Source: the human T2T-CHM13v2.0 reference genome, Homo sapiens. From it: 64,000 nt of DNA. How positions within the stretch are numbered: the stretch's first letter is position 1; every line of letters begins with the position of its first letter. The notes beneath the pieces are model-generated. The model had not been told where the DNA came from and made no database searches. It was given only the letters and a program-made list of their open reading frames with translations. Position numbers and translations under genes: made by a program. The DNA is taken from the NCBI RefSeq assembly GCF_009914755.1, contig NC_060934.1, one strand, 5' to 3'. Positions 1 to 14,009 of this stretch are shown here, piece after piece.

Positions 1-2458
<2,458 letters not shown>

Positions 2459-2471
2459 GCATTTCCACTGG

Positions 2472-2502
<31 letters not shown>

Positions 2503-3444
2503 AAGAAGTCACTTACCTTCTCTAAGCCTCTGCCTCAGGGATGATTCTGTTTTGTTTTCTTAATCTTAGAATGAAAAATAATGCTTGACTTTAGGATCAA
2601 GAATGCTAACATTTGAGAATATTTTGTAAATAATAAAAATACCATACTCATCTAAGGTATTATTATTACATGAAAAGGTAAACACAATGTAAAGCATGAT
2701 GAAACTATAAATGAATGGTTTAAGTTATAGTTATAAAGAAAGAAAATGATTTTAGGTAGTTTATACAAAGACCCTTTTCTGTCTATTCTTAAATTCCCAA
2801 AGGTTAGGATTTCTCATTTCTCATAGCTGGGGTGTTTAGAATAACACTAAATATGGTCATAGATCAAAGATGACACATTGATTTCCTCTGAAATACTGAG
2901 ATGTTCTGCCTGAAAGGATGGGTTAATGAGAGTTTTGAGGTAACTCAGCACTCATCAGGGAAGGTATGATGGGAAATTAGTGATGTCTGCTATGAGGTGA
3001 AGATAAGAATAATGCATATTTTCCTTTCCTGTCAGATTAGTTTTACTTCTTTGTTTATATTGCCCCTTTTCTCTTTCCCAAGTTTTCTTTCCTAGGTCCT
3101 TAGCATTAGGATATAAGACATTTCACAGGATAGCTGGAGACCACCATTAGCAAAACTGTCAGATGGCACTGGGGATTTAAAGCTCAGGAGTTCTACTACA
3201 GTGTGTGCCTCAGTCTTCTGAGCCATGCTAGCTGTTTTTAGTCCCTGCTAGCTGGCCAGCCATCAGGGGCATTCCTCCATCATACACTGTCTCCTCTATA
3301 CTGCATCAGGTTTAGAAAATCACCTCAGATGATGATGATCCATTATGGTTCACATCAACTGGGATCTGACAAATCCAATGCTATAACATTGTAAATGTTA
3401 TCTTCCTTCTCTCTGATACATTTTGAACATGAATTCATGTGTGC

Positions 3445-3488
3445 TGATATGATTTGGCTGTGTCCCCACCCACATCTCAACTTGAATT
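3445..3488 (+). mobile_element. 5' fragment (44 bp) of a MaLR LTR (THE1/MST type)
   Basis: tgatatgatttggctgtgtccccacccacatctcaacttgaatt matches the recalled THE1/MST LTR start and stops at the Alu tail. Confidence 0.75.
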
Positions 3489-3793
3489 TTTGTTTTGTTT
3501 TGTTTTGCTTTTTAAGATGGAGTCTCGTTCTGTCACCCAGGCTGGAGTGCACTGGTGTGATCTTGGCTCACTGCAACATCCACCTCCTGGGTTCAGGTGA
3601 TTCTCCTACCTCAGCCTCCTGAGGAGCTGGGACTACATGCACATGCCACCAAGCCTGGCTAATTTTTGTATTTTTAGTAGAGACAGGGTTTCACCATGTT
3701 GGCCAGGATGGTCTCAATCTCTTGACCTTGTGATCCACCCACCTCAGCCTCCCAAAGTGCTGGGATTACAGGTGTAAGCCACCGTGCCCGGCC
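3489..3793 (-). mobile_element. AluS (Sc-like)
   Basis: Reverse-complement Alu dimer with (TTTTG)n tail; no TSD visible. Confidence 0.95.
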
Positions 3794-4161
3794 CACCTCT
3801 TCTTTATATACCTGGTAGAATTAGACTGAGAATCTGTCTGGTCTTGGACTTTTTCTGGTTGGTATTATTGGTCCATTCAGGGTTCCAATTTCTTCCTGGT
3901 TCAATCTTGGAAGGTTGTATGTTTTCAGGAATTTATTCATTTTTGTAGGTTTTCTAGTTTGTGCGCATAGAGGTATTCATCATAGTCTCTGAGGGGTTTG
4001 TGTATTTCTGTGGGGTCGGTGGTAATGTCCCCTTTGTCCTCTCTGATTGTGTTTATTTGGATCTTCTCTCATTTTTCTTTATAGTCTGGCTAGTAGTCTA
4101 TCTTATTTATTATTTCAAATACCAAACTCCTGAAATCATTGTTCTTTGGGTTTTTTTTTGT

Positions 4162-4193
<32 letters not shown>

Positions 4194-5525
4194 GCATCTC
4201 AGTCTCCTTCAGTTCAGCTCTGATTTTGGTTCTTCCTTGTCTTCTGCCACCTTTGGCATTGTTTTGCTCTTGTTTATCTAGTTCCTGTTAATGTGATGTT
4301 CAGCTGTTAATCAGATCTTTCTAACTTTTTCATGTGAGTATTTAGCACCATAAACTTTTTTCCTCTTAAGACTGCTTTAGTAGTTTCCCCCAAGATTTTG
4401 GAATGTTGTATCTTTGTTCTCATTAGTTGGAATGAATTTACTGATTTCCAGCTGAATTTCACTCTTTACCTGAAAGTTACTCGGGAGCAGGTTTTTATAT
4501 TTCCATGTACTTTTATGGTTTTCAGCAGTCTTCTTGTATTGATTTCTATTTTTATTGTGCTGTAGTTCCAGTGTGGTTGGTATGATTTTGGTTTTTTGAA
4601 TTTGCTGAGAATTGTTTTATGGCCAATCGTGTGGTTGATTTTAGAGTACGTGCCATGTGCAGATGAGAAGAATGTATATTCTGTTGCATTTGAGTGAAGA
4701 GTTCTGTAGTTGTCTGTTAGATCCGTTTGGTCAGATGTCATGTTTAGGTCCTGAATATCTTTGTTAGTCTTCTCCCTCTATGATCTGTCTAATAATGTCT
4801 GTGGGGTGTTGAAGTCTCCCACTACTATTGTGTAGGAATCTAAGTCTCTTTGTAGGTCTCTAAGAGCTTGTTTAATGAATCTGGGTGCTCCTGGGTTGGG
4901 TGCATATATATTTAGGATAGCTAGGTTTTCTTGTTGAATTGAACCCTTTAGCATTATGAAATCCCCTTCTTTGTCTTTTATGATTATTATTATTTAAAGT
5001 CTGTTTTGTCTCACATTAGACTAGCACCTCTGCTATTTGCTGTTTTCTGTTTGCTTGGTAGATTTTTCTCCATCCTTTTACTGTGAGCATACAGGTGTCG
5101 TTGCTTGTGAGATATGTCTCCTGAAGACAGCATACCACTGGGGCTTGCTTCTATTCAACTTGCTAGTCTATGCCTTTTAATTGGGGGCGTTTACACCATT
5201 GACATTATAGGTTAATATTGATATGTGCAGATTTGATCCTGTCATCATGTTGTTATCTGGTTATTATGTAGACTTGATTGTGTGGTTGCTTTATAATGTC
5301 AATGGTCTGTGTACTTAAGTGTGTTTTTGTAGTAGCTGGTAACGATCTTTCCTTTTTGTATTTACCACTCCCTCAAGGACCTCTTGAAAGATAGGTCTGG
5401 TGGTAATGAATTTCCTTAGCATTTGCTTGTCTGAAAAGGATCTTATTTCTCCTTTGCTTATGAAGCTTAGGTTGGTTGGATGTGAAATTCTTGGTTGGAA
5501 TTTCTTTTCTTAAGAATGCTGACCA
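3794..5525 (-). mobile_element. Older L1P fragment (end of ORF1, spacer, EN domain); resumes at 6594-6627 after the retrocopy
   Basis: EN-like peptide DLTDNYRTLHSNATEYTFFSSAHGTYSKINH (4466-4741 -); L1 sequence continues as tctcttctggcttgtagggtttc after 6593. Confidence 0.9.
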
Positions 5526-5782
5526 GGGCCTATAGGTGCGGCCGCAGCCACCCGGCCTCTCTGTCGCGCCCCCTCCCCAGGGCTGTCAAAGCCCCCCAGC
5601 CCCTCATTTCCACAAAGCTCTGTGGCAGATCTGCCCTCCTTGTCCCCGTGGCATGCTGTGGCCTGTGGCACAGCCCCACTCCCACCTAGCCCCGTCAGCC
5701 TCCTTCCCCTCCCGGAGCAGCACGTAAGGACGGCTGAGGCCGCAGGAGTGATTGGGAGAACAATGCATGTAAGTCTGACATC

Positions 5783-6088
5783 ATGGTGTCCATCTGGCAA
5801 AGAAGAGAAATAAGAGCCACAGAAGTTTCTGAAGACTTTCCAGCCCAAGAAGAAAATGTGAAGTTCGAAAATAGATTGCCATCTGGTTGTACCAGTAGAA
5901 GATTATGGAAGATTTTGTCATTGACAATTGGTGGAACCATTGCCCTTTGCATTGGATTTCTTACATCTGTCTACCTTGCCACGTTACATGAAAATGATTT
6001 ATGGTTTTCTAATATTAAGGTACAGGTTAAGTATCCCTCATCTGAAATGCTTGGGGCCAGAGTGTCTTGGATTTCAGATTTTGGATAA
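5783..6088 (+). CDS. Open 101-aa ORF: DPY19L3 N-terminus (79 aa, one TM segment at about aa 44-66) plus a 22-aa transposon-derived tail; translation unproven
   Basis: ORF track; strong Kozak context (atcATGg); no stop or frameshift in the parent-derived part. Confidence 0.35.
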   Translation: MVSIWQRREIRATEVSEDFPAQEENVKFENRLPSGCTSRRLWKILSLTIGGTIALCIGFLTSVYLATLHENDLWFSNIKVQVKYPSSEMLGARVSWISDFG

Positions 6089-6539
6089 TTTGCATATACA
6101 TAATGAGAAATCTTGGGGATGAGATTCAGGTGTAAACATGAAATTCATTTATGTTTCATGTATACCTTATGCACATAGCCCGAAGATGATTTTATACAAT
6201 ATAGTTCATAAGTTTGTGCATGAAACAAAGTTTGTAGTCACTGAACCATCAGAAAACAAAAGTGTCACTATCTCAACTATCCTAGTGGACAATCTATGGT
6301 TATTTGGCATCACCATTGCTCCTGACTCTGAATTTACATGGTACCTTTATAAGTAATCATTTTGTTATACTTATTTGCACATAAGTACTTAACAATAAAA
6401 AATATTACATACCATCAATACAGTGAAAAAAATAACACTTTCAGGGTAACTTGTGGCATCACGTTGGCTCTCAGAAAGTATCCGATTTTAAAGTATTTCA
6501 TTTGGATTTCAGCTTTTCAGGTTAGGGCTGCTCAATCTA
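6023..6539. mobile_element. TcMar-Tigger DNA transposon (Tigger4/MER46-like) carried inside the retrocopy
   Basis: TA-flanked; TIRs caggttaagtatccct (6023-6038) and agggctgctcaatcta (6524-6539), 11/16 complementary. Confidence 0.8.
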
Positions 6540-6967
6540 TAAATAAAGTGTATCATCTAACAGTAAAAAAAAAAAAAAAAAAAATGCTGACCATAGGACC
6601 TCAATCTCTTCTGGCTTGTAGGGTTTCAACTGTGTTCAGCCAGCCACCAAATCTAAAGCTGAATTAAATAATTAGAGATAGTCTGGGGAACATGCTTCCT
6701 GAGAAGGATCCCACTTGAATGGACTATCTTAAAACAGTGAGGTTCTATGGAGTTTTGTCCAACCATTGAGCATACGCAATTACAGAGAATAAGATTCAAA
6801 AGAATTGGTATAAGAGTAGCTGTATTGGACACACCTTTTAGCATGGTTCTTCTTCTTCTGGTCCCCATTCTCCTTCCAGTAACTGCTTGACTTTGATTAG
6901 TTCAGAAAAGGTGCAACCCGACAGAGCTTTGCCTTAGGCTTTGCTTCATTGCCTCTTCCTGCCCTTG

Positions 6968-8862
6968 TGATGGCAGCAGCAGGCTGTCTGGAACAGCCAC
7001 TGCCATCTCGCTGTCTGCAGCAGGGAGGCATGGCCAGAGCTGCATGCTCCATGAAGCCAGCAGGAGCCATGGACAAGCAGAAGCCCCATCCCTTCTGAGT
7101 GCCACTTCAGCTGCCCAAGCCACAGCTGTGGACCTGGGCATCCCTATGCTCTCACAGCCCAGGAGCAGGTGGGAGTGCCACCCTCCCACGCACAGCTGCA
7201 GCTACCCAAGTTGCAGCTGCAGACCTAGGCCTCCTGCTCCACGGAGTAGGCAGGAGGACCACCTTCCTGGGTGCAGCTGCAGCCACCCAAGTCACAGCTG
7301 CAGACCCAGGCCTCCCACTCCATGAAGCAGGCACGAGCCCTGTCCCCCCGGGTGCAGCTGAAGCTGCCCAAACTGTCACTGCAGACCCAGGCATCTCTGC
7401 ACTCTTGCGGGCCCAGGAAGTACCCCCTACCCTTGCAGGCTTGGAACTGCCTGCTCCTGCTGCTTGGCTTCTCCTGCTGTCAGTGCTTGCTCTGAACTCG
7501 GAGCACAGTTGAGGCTAAGCCCAGGTGCTGCCACAGCCTGGATTGGCATGAACACACTCAGGGCAGTGCTGACACACCAGCCCCTTGCCACATCTGCTGT
7601 CTGGATTTTGGGCACCAATGATCATAGGAGGGAAGCCAAGGAGGGGCTGAGGGCAGCTCAGCACTGGCCTGCAGGCTCCCCTCGGCACCAGGCCAGGGAG
7701 GGCCTAAAGGCTTGGGGACAGGCTGCCAGTCCCGAACTGGAGTGGGAACTTGTGGTGCCTTTTCTCTGCCCACATATGGCCACCCACGGGCCAATTAGCA
7801 TGGGCCAATGAGCATGCACTTTCTCCCCTCTGAGGCCCATAAAATCCCTGGACCCAGCCAAAGCTGAGCAGACGATGGGATGACCAGCTACAGAGAGGAG
7901 CAACCCACTCTAGGGCCTCCTCTCTGCTGAGACTTGCAGAGATGATGGAAAGATGTCAGGGAGATGATGGAGAGATGGTGGCTAGATGATAGGACAACCT
8001 GCCTGCAGAGAGAAGCCACCTACTCTAGGGCCTCCTCTCTGCTGAGAGCTGCGCAGATGTTAGGATGACCAACTGCAGGGAGGAGTTACCCTCTCTGCTG
8101 ATAGCTGAACACTTGTCAGGATGACTTGCCTAGAAGAAAGGAGCTACCCTCTCTGCTAGGAGCTGAAAACTCATCAGGACACCCTGGCTACGGAAAGGGC
8201 TTCCCCCTGCAGGCTTCCTCTAAGATGTTCTATCACTGAGTAAAGTTCTTCTTCATCTTGCTCACCCTCTACTTGTCTTTGTACCTTTTTCTTCCTGGTC
8301 ACAGGACAAGGACTTGGGACCCACCAAATGGCAAGGCTGAAAGAGCTGTAACACAAACAAGACTGAGACATGCCCTTTGCTCTCCACATTGCAGGTGAAG
8401 AGAAGGAAAGAAGAGATGTGGCCCTTTGGAGAGCTCAGACCTGGGAGTTCCCTGAGCTATATCTGTTACTCTCTCTTTGGGGTCCTGTGGTTTCCGGCAT
8501 CTCCAAAATTCTGAGCACGACTGTGTTCTCCGGTGCCAGCTTTGGAAGCTGTTTGCAGTGCACCTTTTCTGGCTGCAGCCTCGCAGAGAGCTGGTGCCCA
8601 TGCTGGCACCTGGAGCTGCCCACCCTGCTGCAGTAGCCAGCATGTCTGACCGTGCACAGGGGCTGGACCCCACACTTGCTCACACACCTCTCACCATACA
8701 TGCCTGACTTGCCCTTGGCAGGCGTGGGACCCAGGGGGGTGGCATGAGCCAAGTGCAGCCTGCCAGGCCAAGTGGGTGAAATGAGCCTAGCAGGCCTGAG
8801 CAAAACTCAGGCAAAAGCACCACAAGCCACAGAGGTTCTGGCCAGAAAAAGATCCCATAACA
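6968..8862 (+). mobile_element. MER52-family ERV1 LTR (about 1.9 kb)
   Basis: Starts TGATGGCAGCAGC and ends GATCCCATAACA; internal GCAGCTGCAGACC and CTCTCTGCTGAGAGCTG repeat arrays; GC-rich. Confidence 0.85.
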
Positions 8863-8869
8863 TTTTGGG

Positions 8870-9254
8870 GCTTCTGTGTAGCTGTGGCAGCTGATACCCC
8901 AGGACACACTCAGCACTCATGCATATACAACCCGGAAATGCAGAAGACCTAACACCTGTGGAGCCACCTTTGACTGATGAGGGAGGAAACCTATGTACAA
9001 ATTTTTTTTCCCTTTTGTTCCATAGGCAGATAATTGTAAAATATATTTTCCAAGGCTCCCCAAAGGTATGCTGAAATAAAGTACTAGTCAACAGTAGCAG
9101 TAGCCAGCTCAGTAGTGCATTCTTATATTGACTTTCCTTCACTCCCTGTTCACTCCCTTTGTCCTCACAGTCATTCCCCAGGATCACATTCCCAAGAACC
9201 TCCTCAATGCAGCCTTTATCTTGGCCTCCGTTTAAAGGAGAACCCAGGCTAAGA
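8870..9254 (+). mobile_element. Degenerate ERVL LTR (LTR16-like) 3' part
   Basis: ggatcacattccc...ggagaacccaggctaaga terminus resembles recalled LTR16. Confidence 0.45.
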
Positions 9255-9669
9255 AAATTTCCCTTTTTACTGTTTTACAGACAGCATTTATAAGGCATAT
9301 GTGCTGATGTTCTTCATTACCCATTAATCAGTTATGGAATTCCTCTACAGGCATGACCTCAAAATCCCTCTAAACACAAGATTCCTGGGAGGCATTGTCA
9401 GTTCACTGAAATTGGAATCACCACTCTCATTCTGGAATGGGTTGTTTTCCGTAAACCCTGAAAGATCTAAGCTTCCCATGTACACAGGGAAGTATGGTCA
9501 TTTGTTGTGATATGGATGTTGAGCAATAGGCTAGCCTTACTCATGGGCTTAGTGACTCTTATACCAACATATGGCATTTGGGATTCAAATCCATGCCTCA
9601 ATAAAGTTACAATCAGTTGGGAATAATTTAAACCTTACATGTTAATTCTGTAAATTACGTTATCTATCA

Positions 9670-9990
<321 letters not shown>

Positions 9991-10856
9991 TACTCATATA
10001 TATATCTATCACATAAAATTCTCCTACCCATATTTTGACCTTGGGGTCCAGAGCTATTGCTTTATTTCATCCCTGTTCCCTGAGTAATCACATTTATTTC
10101 ATGGACCCAAAACTTGCTTGTCAAAACTAGAACTAGGTTTGTTGAAAGTCACTGTATAATATAAACAAGGAAAGTCTAGGACCCTAATATCAGGAAGACA
10201 AGCAGCTTGAGAATATTCAAGCATGAAGATGGCAAATAGATGTCTTACCCTGTGACAGTTCTTACAGGTAATGCCCACCTGAAATTTACTGTTCAAAGAA
10301 TTCTGTTGACTCATATGGACTCAATGAGAGAGTTCTGTGAGTAACTAGTGCTGTCTACCATGGGCAATAATGTTTGGCCATCTCTGTAGCAACATATAGG
10401 AAGAAAAAGTCTAAGAAAACAAGCCAAATATGAAATTAAGGGAATCTGGTAGAAGATTTCTTCAACTGCCACCTTCTTTAACTTGCTGAGCCAAAGCTTA
10501 TTCCATCTAAATGAGTCTAGGAAACCATAATACATAGTAATTTTTATGTACTTGGCTCTTCCACTAAACTGTGAGTTTCTGAGGACAAAAAGCCAAGCAG
10601 GGATTCCTAAATTCAGGCAGGCAGTAGTCATTGAGAAAAATCCTTCTGGCAAATTAACCCACACCTCAAACTCAAGAGATCATTAGAGAAATCTGAAGCA
10701 TTTATGATGCACTGAGGATAACCATAGTAGCAACGAATTTTAAACTTTAAACCCAGCTCAACTCCCTGATTAAAAGACCTAGCAGAAGGAAAAGCACACT
10801 TCTCTCCAGGCATAAGAAATATTTACTTTATGTTTACTCTGATAGACTCCATGTAA

Positions 10857-11950
10857 AACTGTCAAGAAAAAACTTTCAAGGCATATTTTAAAAAGGAAGA
10901 AAAAACACAGTCAGAAGAGATATAAAAAAAAGCAGAAGCAGACTCAGATATGACAAAAATAATAGATTTATCAGGGAAGGGATTTTAAATAACTGTGATT
11001 AAAATGGTAAAGTCTCCAGTGGAAAAGATAGACACCATGCGAGATCACAGAACACCAAGAAGGATAAATCACGCACATGCACGCACGCACACACGCGCAC
11101 ACACACACACACATACAGACACATACACACACACCCCAGGCATACCATAGTCAAACTGCTGAAAAACAAAACCAAAGGGGAATTCTGAAGGTGGCCAGAG
11201 AAAAATGCACATCACTTACAGAGGAAAAGGCTAAAAATTCTAGCAGACTCCTTTAAGAAACCATACAAACAAGAAGACAGTGGAATGACATTTTTTAAGT
11301 TCTAAAAGGAAAAAAATCAACACAAAATTCTATAATAGCAAAAACATTTTTCAAAGATAAATGGGAAATAAAGACTTTTTCAGAAAAATTAAAAACTGAA
11401 AGAATTCATTTCCAGCCAAGCTAGTATATAAAAAATGTTAAAGGAAGTTCTTCAGGCAGAAGGAATACGACATAGGTCAAAAACTTAGATTTACAAAAAG
11501 AAATGAAAAGCACTGTAAATGGCATAAAGATAAAATTAAATCTTTTTCTTATTTTTCACTTCTGTAAAAGGTACTTGGCTGCTTAAATAAAAATTAGTAA
11601 TATGGTGTTTACAGTATATATAAAAGTGAAATATGTGATTAAAACTCCAGAGACGAGTGGTCCCTTTAAAGTCATTACTCTATACATGGATAGGTATGTT
11701 ATTTTAATGTGCACTCAGATTATATTTAAGTGTATATTGTAAAGCCTAGGGCAACCACTAAATTTTTTAAAGATGTGTAAATATTAAGTCAATGGGGGGT
11801 ATAAAATAGGATAATAAAATCTCTTCCATTAAACCACAAGAAAGCAGAAAAGGGGAGAAAATCAAAGAGCAAATGGAACAAACAAAAAAAAGCTGGCATT
11901 ATGATAGATTTTAACCCAACCATATCAAAAATCACCTTAAATAAAAATAT
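10857..11950 (+). mobile_element. Ancient L1M ORF1/spacer fragments
   Basis: A-rich L1M-like motifs (atagtcaaactgctgaaaa, aaaggaagttcttcaggcagaagg, gggcaaccacta). Confidence 0.75.
11069..11133. repeat. (CA/CG)n microsatellite
   Basis: Alternating purine-pyrimidine run cacgcacatgcacgcacgcacacacgcgcacacacac... Confidence 0.9.
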
Positions 11951-13049
11951 TGAATAATGTATTGTGTCTAATCAGGAAGTCTTTATAATAAACAGAGGGT
12001 ATTTTACTAGCAAATCCATGGCACTGAAAAGACAGCATGTTTCACGGAGAAGATACTGAGTTGAAAAAGAAAGGACAAGTTGTTGAATATGTCTAATATA
12101 GTAAGTTTCTTTTTAAATCTATGATGGAACATCAAGTCACAAAAATTAACCTGTTTTTCGGGAATTTATGCAGCCATTCTAGTTGGGTCAAAGGGAAATA
12201 TATTGAGTGTCCATTTTGTAGCTCTCTAGCTGTACAGAGTTAATACACTCAGGTACTGTTGACAAGGCCAGACACTTGTCCCTGACTCATGTCATAAGAA
12301 GTGTGAAAATCTGACTCACAGCAGCTATCGAAGAGTAAATTGTCAATGGAGGATGCAATGATGAGTTGACAGTAATGGGTTTAGTTCTTCAGTTGCCTAT
12401 TTAACTTCATTGCTTCCTGGCCTCAGAGTGCAGCTCACGCCCTCACCAGTCTTTTATTAGTTTGAGGTAACATTGTCACGAGGAGGGTGGAAGGAGAAAA
12501 TATGTTTGCCCTACTGGGAATAGTCCTTAGAATGCGTGATTTACAAGTGCTAGGTTAAGACATCATTTTTAATACAAAACATGCAGCAAGTGGAACATGA
12601 TTCATGCACAGGCAGGTGGTCAAGGTTGTCCAAGCATTGGAGAACGGGCCCAAATTCTCCATCCCATCATGTAGCTACTGCAAGAAAATAGATCCTAAAG
12701 GACTTTAAAATCTCCTCTTGGCTTTCTCCTAAAGGCTTCCTCACCTTAATAGGTGTCCCATTAAGAGAACTAGACCTTCTTTTTACAACTGCTCTAAACA
12801 ATGTCTCTGTTTAAAAAAAAATAACTTTTAATGGTGTGAATAATCTTTCAGTGTCAGCAATTTTTTGAATCTAATTCAGCTCTTTCAGCACTGGGAAGAG
12901 GCAGGCACAATCTCTGATGTAAAGCCAGGATGTGCCTTTCCCAGGAGAATTCACACCAGTTCCCATGACCATCACAAGGCTAAGAAGGGGTTGGTGTCAC
13001 ACTTGCACCACTAATATTCCCCCTGGCTTCAAAAGTCCATTAGACAGAA

Positions 13050-13430
13050 ACTTCCTGCAGGCAGGGAATGTAGCAACCAGCACAATGGTGGACACAACAC
13101 TGAAAACTTATGAACAAATGTTTAAAAAAAATCCCTGTCTTCATAATGTTTACATTCTACTACTGGAAGATGGTTAAAAAAACAAGTAAAATATATGGTA
13201 TGATGGACTGACAAACACTTAAGGGAAAAATCAAGTAAGAGTGAATTTTAGTTTAAAATAGGTGGTCAGGGAAGGCTGTATGAGCAAGGAGCTGAAGGAG
13301 GTGAAAAAGAGAGCTATGCCTCTCTGGAGGAAGAGCATTCTGGGAAGAGGATATTAGAAGTCCAGTGGCCCTGTGTCTGTTAGACTGGAGAAACAACAGA
13401 GGGGCTAGTGTGTCAGGAGTGAACTGAGCA
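13050..13430 (-). mobile_element. L2 fragment
   Basis: ggtggtcagggaaggc...aagagcattctgggaagagg motifs. Confidence 0.7.
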
Positions 13431-13559
13431 AAGTGCCTAATCTCACTGAGGTCATCATTCCTTTCCTAGCCTAGATTTTTTTTTTCTTGGTGAAATAAAG
13501 GTACTGGATGCTCCTCTTAGTGCCTGTAGCTTGCAATATGTTTTCTGTCATCATTCCCT

Positions 13560-13995
13560 ACATACAAAGACTTGTTTTTCTGGGCCCTAGGAAGGTGAGC
13601 TAGACCTAGGAATATTGGATTTAGTTGTCCTTCTCTTTGTCTTTTTAATCTAGAATAGTCCCCTTAACTTTTTTCTGTCCTCCATAGCATTGGCATCACA
13701 TCAAGAGTTACATAATGTCAATATATCTCATTATTGAAGATCCCATGTTTTGTCAATCATTTAAATTAACATCACTCAGAATTTGTAATAAACATTTCTC
13801 CCTTTGAAATAAATAAGTAATCTATGGGATGGTACATTGAGAGCACGTGAACATTCTCTTCCCTGATAAATTTTCACCTCCCTATAGTTTTGGTAGCAAT
13901 TGGTGATTCTTACCTGAATAATTATATTGATGATTGCAAAATGGTGATTTTCTAATTTCATAATCTCTTCTATTTCTTAGCTAGCATTCCTTAGT
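13560..13995 (-). mobile_element. L1ME-type 3' fragment
   Basis: gattgcaaaatggtgattttctaatt...ctagcattcc motif; target of the adjacent L1PB insertion. Confidence 0.55.
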
Positions 13996-14009
13996 AAAGA
14001 GGAGCTTTT

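Larger units (their letters stand above)
5526..6582 (+). pseudogene. DPY19L3: Retrocopy of a short, alternatively terminated DPY19L3 transcript (GC-rich 5' leader, first coding exons, Tigger-derived last exon, polyA)
   Basis: Translation matches recalled DPY19L3 aa 1-79 with no intron; AATAAA at 6542-6547; polyA 6565-6582; TSD aatgctgacca at 5515-5525 and 6583-6593; TT/AAGA endonuclease site. Confidence 0.9.

Noticed and set aside
6902-8916. Dense cluster of overlapping 60-137 aa ORFs
   Set aside because: They lie in the GC-rich, internally repetitive MER52 LTR; low-complexity Ala/Pro peptides with no recognisable domain
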